IMG/VR virus record: IMGVR_UViG_3300042691_055981
From: an uncultured virus (IMG/VR IMGVR_UViG_3300042691_055981)
Lineage: Duplodnaviria; Heunggongvirae; Uroviricota; Caudoviricetes
Direction: 5' to 3' (one strand)
Length of the DNA stretch: 20,000 nucleotides
In this document: positions 14,666 to 20,000 of the stretch, one piece after another
Position numbering within the stretch: the first letter of the stretch is position 1
Layout of the letters: the number at the start of each line of letters is the position of its first letter
Notes under the pieces: model-generated
Told to the model about the DNA's origin: nothing
Seen by the model: only the letters and a program-made list of their open reading frames with translations
Database searches by the model: none
Position numbers and translations under genes: made by a program

Positions 14666-17080
14666 ATGGCTAAAGCAAAACATATATTTGTAATCGACAC
14701 CTGCGTCCTGCTTCACGACCCTGAATGCATTTACAGATTTCAAGAGCACGATATCTACATACCACTCGCCGTGATTGATGATTTAGATGAAATCAAAACA
14801 AAAAAAGATAACGCGGGCTGGGCGGCCAGAGAAGTTTTTAGGAATCTCGATCAGTATGATATTCAGTTGATGACAAAGGGAATCGTTATTAATGAATTTG
14901 GAGGCAAACTGTTCATATATAACAATGAAGCTCCACTGATGAGGAATGAAAAGCCAACCATCACAAGAGTTAATTCAGATAATGCTATTATTGACTCAGC
15001 TACTACACTAAAGGCGGCTAATCAAAAAAGAAAAGTGGTAATCGTAACCAAAGATACCGGTCTTCGTGCGAGGGCTATTTCGTGGGGTTGTACAGCTGAG
15101 AATTATAAGAGTGATTTACTGAGTGAACAAAATCAATATCAAGGCTATAGAATTGTTGAAATTGACAGCTTGGAAGATTGGGATTACCTAAACAAGAGAA
15201 CCGAGTGTGTTGTGAGCAAGCTTGCTTGCAAAGAGCAGCTCAATGACATTAACCCTAATGAATTTATTTGCTTCAGGTGGGGTAACCAATCCATCCCATG
15301 CTGGTTTACTAATAATGAGATCATATTCCTTGAAGACAAAAAGAAAGCATCTTATATGGGTATCACTGCAAAAAATCTTGAACAAAGATTTGCACTTGAG
15401 GCTCTGGCGAACGATAATATCCCTTTCGTGTGCTTGAGCGGTCCAGCAGGGTCTGGTAAAGCACAACCTTTAGACTCTATGATTCTGACACCCGATGGGT
15501 ACATCAGAATGGGGGACGTAACTGTTGGAACGAAAGTGTGTGGCAGTGATGGCAATTTCCACAATGTGACAGGAGTGTTTCCTCAAGGGGTAAAGGATGT
15601 TGTAAAGATTATTTTTTCTGATGGTTCTGAGGTCGAGTGTTGTAAAGAGCATTTATGGAATACAAGCACAAATGGGCAAAGAAATTATCAAAATGCAAAA
15701 TTCACAACCAAGACAACAGAAGAGATAATGAAAACAATTAAATCTGGCTCCACGCAAAGAAGAAATCATAAAATTCCCATCGTGAAACCAATTGCTTTTG
15801 AATATAAAGAGACCCTGGTAGATCCCTATTTATTAGGCTGCTTAATAGGAGATGGATGCTTTCAGAAAGAAGCAGTATCTTTTATAACAGGAGACTCAGA
15901 AATGATTACAAGTCTATCAAGCGTTTTGCCAGGTAGTTTGAGCTTTAAGCCCAGGGGTGTAAGAGGTATAAATTTTGGAATTACAAGAAAAAGCAATTCA
16001 CCTGAAAAGAATAATGTTCTCAAGGCAGCCCTGAAACAACTTGGCTTAGATGAAATCAAAGCTGGCAATAAATTCGTGCCAGATGTGTTTCTGTTCAACT
16101 CTGCAGAAGTCCGGCTTAGTGTATTACAGGGGCTTCTTGACACAGATGGTTACATTAGTATTCGGGGTACAGATATTATTTTTACGACCATTAGTGAAAA
16201 ATTAGCTAAAAATGTTGAATTTCTCGTCCAGAGTTTAGGGGGGGTTTGCAAAACTCAGAAAAAACAAAAACAATACACTTATAAAAATATCAAAAAAAAT
16301 GGACAGCCTTCATATGATGTAAGAATCATTCTTCCTAATGAAACTGTGCCATTCAGGCTGGAGAGAAAAAAAAATAGGCTCAGAAACAGAACTCAAAAGC
16401 TCCCATCTAGATTTATTGAAGAAATAATTGAGATTGGCCAAAAAGAATGCCAGTGTATTTCAGTTGACGCCCCTGATCATCTATATGTAACTGATAATTT
16501 CATTCTCACGCACAATACCCTATGTGCAATAGCAGTGGGCTTGGAAAAGGTGAATATGGGTCAGTATGACAGGATTATAGTAATGAAACCCATGGTCGCA
16601 GTGGGAGGGCAAGGGATCGGCTTCCTGCCAGGGTCTAAGCTTGAAAAAGTATCCGCATGGCTTGGCCCTATAAAAGACAACATCATCCAGCTCACGGGAG
16701 TCAAGGGTTATGAAACTGGAAAATTTGGAGGAAACAGCTTTGAAGAAATGGTTGATGACGGAATTATTGAGGTTGAGGCCATGGCATTTATCCAAGGTAG
16801 ATCGATCCCAGATTCTTACATCATTCTGGATGAAGCGGAAAACGTAAGCCCCAAAGAGGCAAGAATGGTTGTTGAAAGATGCGGAAAAGGCTCCAAGGTC
16901 GTATTCCTCGGAGATATGTCGCAAATTGAAAACCCATACCTTGACAAGCACAGTTGCGGCCTGGCACATGCAATAAACGGAGCGAAAACTCAAGAAGTTG
17001 CCGCTTCGATTACAATGCATAAAGTTGAAAGATCTATTCTTTCTGCGGCTGCATCAAGCATCTTTAGAGTCAGAAAATAA
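14666..17080 (+). CDS. phoH: PIN-domain + PhoH ATPase (PhoH2/YlaK-like) precursor with intein; 452 aa after splicing
   Basis: PIN motifs: FVIDTCVLLHDP, VIDDLD, NSDNAI, VTKD. PhoH motifs: NLEQ, GPAGSGK|T, GFLPG, QGRS, LDEAEN, GDMSQI, ERS. Confidence 0.92.
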   Translation: MAKAKHIFVIDTCVLLHDPECIYRFQEHDIYIPLAVIDDLDEIKTKKDNAGWAAREVFRNLDQYDIQLMTKGIVINEFGGKLFIYNNEAPLMRNEKPTITRVNSDNAIIDSATTLKAANQKRKVVIVTKDTGLRARAISWGCTAENYKSDLLSEQNQYQGYRIVEIDSLEDWDYLNKRTECVVSKLACKEQLNDINPNEFICFRWGNQSIPCWFTNNEIIFLEDKKKASYMGITAKNLEQRFALEALANDNIPFVCLSGPAGSGKAQPLDSMILTPDGYIRMGDVTVGTKVCGSDGNFHNVTGVFPQGVKDVVKIIFSDGSEVECCKEHLWNTSTNGQRNYQNAKFTTKTTEEIMKTIKSGSTQRRNHKIPIVKPIAFEYKETLVDPYLLGCLIGDGCFQKEAVSFITGDSEMITSLSSVLPGSLSFKPRGVRGINFGITRKSNSPEKNNVLKAALKQLGLDEIKAGNKFVPDVFLFNSAEVRLSVLQGLLDTDGYISIRGTDIIFTTISEKLAKNVEFLVQSLGGVCKTQKKQKQYTYKNIKKNGQPSYDVRIILPNETVPFRLERKKNRLRNRTQKLPSRFIEEIIEIGQKECQCISVDAPDHLYVTDNFILTHNTLCAIAVGLEKVNMGQYDRIIVMKPMVAVGGQGIGFLPGSKLEKVSAWLGPIKDNIIQLTGVKGYETGKFGGNSFEEMVDDGIIEVEAMAFIQGRSIPDSYIILDEAENVSPKEARMVVERCGKGSKVVFLGDMSQIENPYLDKHSCGLAHAINGAKTQEVAASITMHKVERSILSAAASSIFRVRK
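15461..16516 (+). mobile_element. Class 3 intein (352 aa) with LAGLIDADG homing endonuclease, inserted in the PhoH Walker A motif
   Basis: Begins AQPLDSMILTPDG after GSGK and ends ILTHN before Thr+1. Block B CCKEHLW, block F CQCISV; endonuclease motifs YLLGCLIGDG (~15827-15856) and VLQGLLDTDG (16121-16150). Confidence 0.93.
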
Positions 17081-18396
17081 TGAACGCCACTGATATACCA
17101 CTGCCACAGGATACACAGCTTTATGAATCGGTTAATAATGAAATTTTAACCCCGAGATTGTCTGTGACTAATATCAGTGGCAGCACGTTACTTGGGTCAT
17201 TTAATAATCCGCCATTCAAACAATATAAACTCAATCTTTACAGCCAGAGTGTGTCGGAGATAAATATCTCAATAAACGATAAAAGCATATCATCAATGAG
17301 GGGTGGGATTTATTACAATCTGAATGGATTTGATTACGGCTTTGATTATAGATTTTTAAACAATCAAAGCCCGACAGTTTGCTTTCTTCCTGAGATTCAA
17401 GCTAAAGACTTGGACGCGAACGTGGCCTTGAATCTTGTGGCATCGAACACATACACAATCTCAGATTATGAATCTGTTTTGTCGAATAGTTTACTCGTTA
17501 ATAACTTAATATTGCTTAGAAATCAAACTGCCGCTTCTCAAAATAAAGTATACAGAGTTCAAGAGGTTAATGGTGAACAGATAACGGTTTATGATGACTC
17601 CGATGATAACTGGGAAGATACAGGCTCGGGTAGTATAAACGCCGCACTGTTCCAAAATCAAGAGTATATTTTCATAAGAGCTAAAGTGGTTGACTTACTG
17701 GGAACATTTTATTACGGAATGTATAATTTAGCCCCCAACCCAGACTGGCGATTCTGGTGGGTTTCTCAAACCCAATCAGTGCATCTTCCTAAGGCAAATT
17801 ATGGAGTTACACTAAATTCAGAGCTTGCCAGAAATGAATTAAATTACTCTATCTTCTCTGCACAAAATCTTAAACCCCAAATAAATGAAGTGGTTGCTAT
17901 AAATATTGCCACGAACGGAAATGGATCAGTGGGTGGAAAAACATCAGGCCTTTATTCGATCACTAAAATATCAAACGCTAAAGTTTATTTTCAGCCTATA
18001 TATCCTTCAGTAATTTTTATTCATCAATTCTTTAAAGTTGAGTGGGATATGGATTCATTATTGTCGAACCAAGTTTGGTATGTGAACCCTGCGACAGTAA
18101 CTAATAGCAATTATTTGTATTCCACTGTTAATTTTTCATTCAGTAAATTAGATATAAACTCAACAACATTATCAGATCCAGAAAGATGGGCTAAGCAAGG
18201 CGGAGGGGCTAATGATATTGTGCTCGGATTCACCATTTATCCAAACGATGTAAATAATAATTTCATTAAACAATCTGATAGTTTTTATTTTGAAATAAGA
18301 CCACCAACCTGGCCTGATATTAACGTAGAGGGGCTCAGCCTGAAAGTTAATTATGAAACAAATATTCTGCCTGTTAATCAGGAGGTTGTCGCTTAA
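17080..18396 (+). CDS. Hypothetical beta-rich, probably structural protein, 438 aa
   Basis: TAATG overlap with phoH; N/S/Y-rich. LILLRNQTAASQNKVYRV resembles the RVLVKxQxxxxxNGIY motif seen in phage tail/baseplate proteins. Confidence 0.65.
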   Translation: MNATDIPLPQDTQLYESVNNEILTPRLSVTNISGSTLLGSFNNPPFKQYKLNLYSQSVSEINISINDKSISSMRGGIYYNLNGFDYGFDYRFLNNQSPTVCFLPEIQAKDLDANVALNLVASNTYTISDYESVLSNSLLVNNLILLRNQTAASQNKVYRVQEVNGEQITVYDDSDDNWEDTGSGSINAALFQNQEYIFIRAKVVDLLGTFYYGMYNLAPNPDWRFWWVSQTQSVHLPKANYGVTLNSELARNELNYSIFSAQNLKPQINEVVAINIATNGNGSVGGKTSGLYSITKISNAKVYFQPIYPSVIFIHQFFKVEWDMDSLLSNQVWYVNPATVTNSNYLYSTVNFSFSKLDINSTTLSDPERWAKQGGGANDIVLGFTIYPNDVNNNFIKQSDSFYFEIRPPTWPDINVEGLSLKVNYETNILPVNQEVVA

Positions 18397-19556
18397 TGTC
18401 ATATGGTGTTCTTTTAAAAAATGCATCGAATAATTACATAGTAGATGATTTATCTTTTTATTCTTGCCAAAGAGCTAGTATATCAACATCAGATGCATTT
18501 TACTTTTCTCTCGCGGGCTTTAATTCATCGAGCACAATTGCTTTAAACTATTCTCAAACAGGTAACCTTATCGGAAATACTGCGAGCAACTTTTCAAACA
18601 TAAATTTCAATCTTAATGAAAATAAATTTTACGGTCTATGCTTGAATGTATCTAGGCCAACCGTGATAGAGCTTTGCCAGATTGAGGCATTTGAGGTGGG
18701 AGTGGGTCAGACTGTGTTTACGGATAACTTCACTAATGATTCAAAATACATAATGAATCTATCTGATCCAGGTAATATTTACATTAAAACATCAAACTAT
18801 CCCATCGGGGTTCAAACGAACAATTTCGGATTGGGTCTGAATTATTTATGGCCTTCAGCGGCATACAGTTTGCAAAACTTCACTTATGTAAAATACTCAG
18901 ACACAAACTTCACAAAATATTTTCTTGCCGTGCCTCAAACGCAAGGTGCTACAATACCTAACAATTTTGAATGGTATGAGTTACCGAGCACACAATTTTT
19001 CTATAACATTGATTATAGTGTTACGCTATCATCTGTATTTAAAGGGACGAGTATACCTCTCGGGATTTTTAATGGGATAATACCCAAGTCCGGCGAGAAA
19101 ATACTTATAAATAATTCATCCACAAACGACACACTATCTGGCGTGTATGATATAGTGTCAATCACAAATCAAATCAATCTGGCAAAGAGCGACATAAGCT
19201 ATAATTACCCAGGCCAAATATTCATAGTTAGGGTTGATATAGACTTTTCAAACAATCTTAACTATAACCCAAGCACATATTATGTCCCATTTGAATACGG
19301 GTATCCTGCGGTTTGCTTCACAAAGCCTTTGATGTTGAAGCTTTATGAAAATTTTGCACAAAGTGACCCTTCTAAATACGTTCCTCTCTATAGAGATAAT
19401 TTTGATTTTTCTTCCTTGATATTACCCTTGAATGATAGAGAGAAATTCAATAAACAAAGCGACACATTTATTTTAGGCATCGCCGTGTCAAATTGGTATC
19501 CAGATTCAAAATTATTCGGTGTTGGCTTGAATTATGTAATTAAAGAAGGATACTGA
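18396..19556 (+). CDS. Hypothetical beta-rich protein, probable paralogue of 17080-18396, 386 aa
   Basis: TAATG overlap; shares SG(L/V)YxIxxI and FxKQSDxF...W motifs with the upstream gene. Confidence 0.65.
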   Translation: MSYGVLLKNASNNYIVDDLSFYSCQRASISTSDAFYFSLAGFNSSSTIALNYSQTGNLIGNTASNFSNINFNLNENKFYGLCLNVSRPTVIELCQIEAFEVGVGQTVFTDNFTNDSKYIMNLSDPGNIYIKTSNYPIGVQTNNFGLGLNYLWPSAAYSLQNFTYVKYSDTNFTKYFLAVPQTQGATIPNNFEWYELPSTQFFYNIDYSVTLSSVFKGTSIPLGIFNGIIPKSGEKILINNSSTNDTLSGVYDIVSITNQINLAKSDISYNYPGQIFIVRVDIDFSNNLNYNPSTYYVPFEYGYPAVCFTKPLMLKLYENFAQSDPSKYVPLYRDNFDFSSLILPLNDREKFNKQSDTFILGIAVSNWYPDSKLFGVGLNYVIKEGY

Positions 19557-19580
19557 CCACACTAACAATAAATAATTATT

Positions 19581-20000
19581 ATGCATGAAGGTCAAATTTT
19601 AGACATGGTGGAATCCTTAACGCTCGGGACTCTGACGCTAGAAGAGAAGGCGATTATTGTTGCTGATGTCAAGAGTGAACTAGGATTTACACGGCTTGCT
19701 CAGAACACCACCTCATTGATTCTTCAAAAAGTTAGCGATCTGAGCAACGGGCTATATAAAGAATCCCAGGCTTTACCAAAAGTTTTTCAAGATTTTTCTG
19801 GACACGCAGATAATGATACCCCATTTGCTGTAACAAACCAAGAAGAAATAGATGATTTTCTGGAAAAGATGATTTCAAAAGAGCCTCAAAATAACCCTGA
19901 AACATATTTTGGTGATACATGGGAGTTCTATCACCCTACAGCCAACATGGTAGCCGATGGATTACCAACTCACAGATCTAATTTTAACACACAATATTAA
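19581..20000 (+). CDS. Acidic hypothetical protein, 139 aa
   Basis: ATG at 19581 and TAA at 19998-20000. No motif recognised. Confidence 0.65.
   Translation: MHEGQILDMVESLTLGTLTLEEKAIIVADVKSELGFTRLAQNTTSLILQKVSDLSNGLYKESQALPKVFQDFSGHADNDTPFAVTNQEEIDDFLEKMISKEPQNNPETYFGDTWEFYHPTANMVADGLPTHRSNFNTQY

Noticed and set aside
14666..15100. PIN domain as a VapC toxin of a toxin-antitoxin pair
   Set aside because: It is fused to PhoH in the ordinary PhoH2/YlaK architecture, and there is no small antitoxin-like gene directly upstream.
9113..19920. Short ORFs nested in or antisense to the macrodomain gene, clpX, the 12385-13725 genes, phoH/intein, 17080-18396 and 19581-20000 (e.g. 10759, 10865, 11050, 11117, 11959, 12445, 13446, 15188, 15222, 15352, 15470, 15862, 16520, 18172, 19732)
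   Set aside because: They are shadow ORFs of longer or better-supported genes.
1..20000. Stop-codon reassignment, known in some large phages
   Set aside because: Genes tile densely in the standard code. TAA, TGA and TAG all end genes at plausible junctions, and ClpX, PhoH and the fibre are uninterrupted.

Overview
Gene-dense, AT-rich segment that looks like part of a large (jumbo-type) tailed phage genome, read in the standard bacterial code. This assignment is inferred from gene content, tight TAATG/ATGA gene junctions and the absence of host housekeeping operons. The left third is one >2,097-codon modular tail-fibre/adhesin gene on the minus strand (6293 to <1). The supplied ORF track omits it because it runs off the window. 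It carries a ~1.9-kb internal duplication, two divergent YadA-head-like regions and a GC-rich central cassette. Upstream lie three more probable virion genes, a small Zn-finger gene and a coupled trio: degenerate macrodomain, PAS-like protein and coiled-coil/TM protein. Next come a ClpX with remodelled substrate loops and a divergent operon ending in a J-domain (HPD) protein. A PIN-PhoH gene follows, interrupted in its Walker A motif by an Ala1-type class 3 (WCT) LAGLIDADG intein, then two paralogous beta-rich, probably structural, genes. No tRNA, rRNA or CRISPR array was seen. All assignments come from motifs read by eye; no database search was run.
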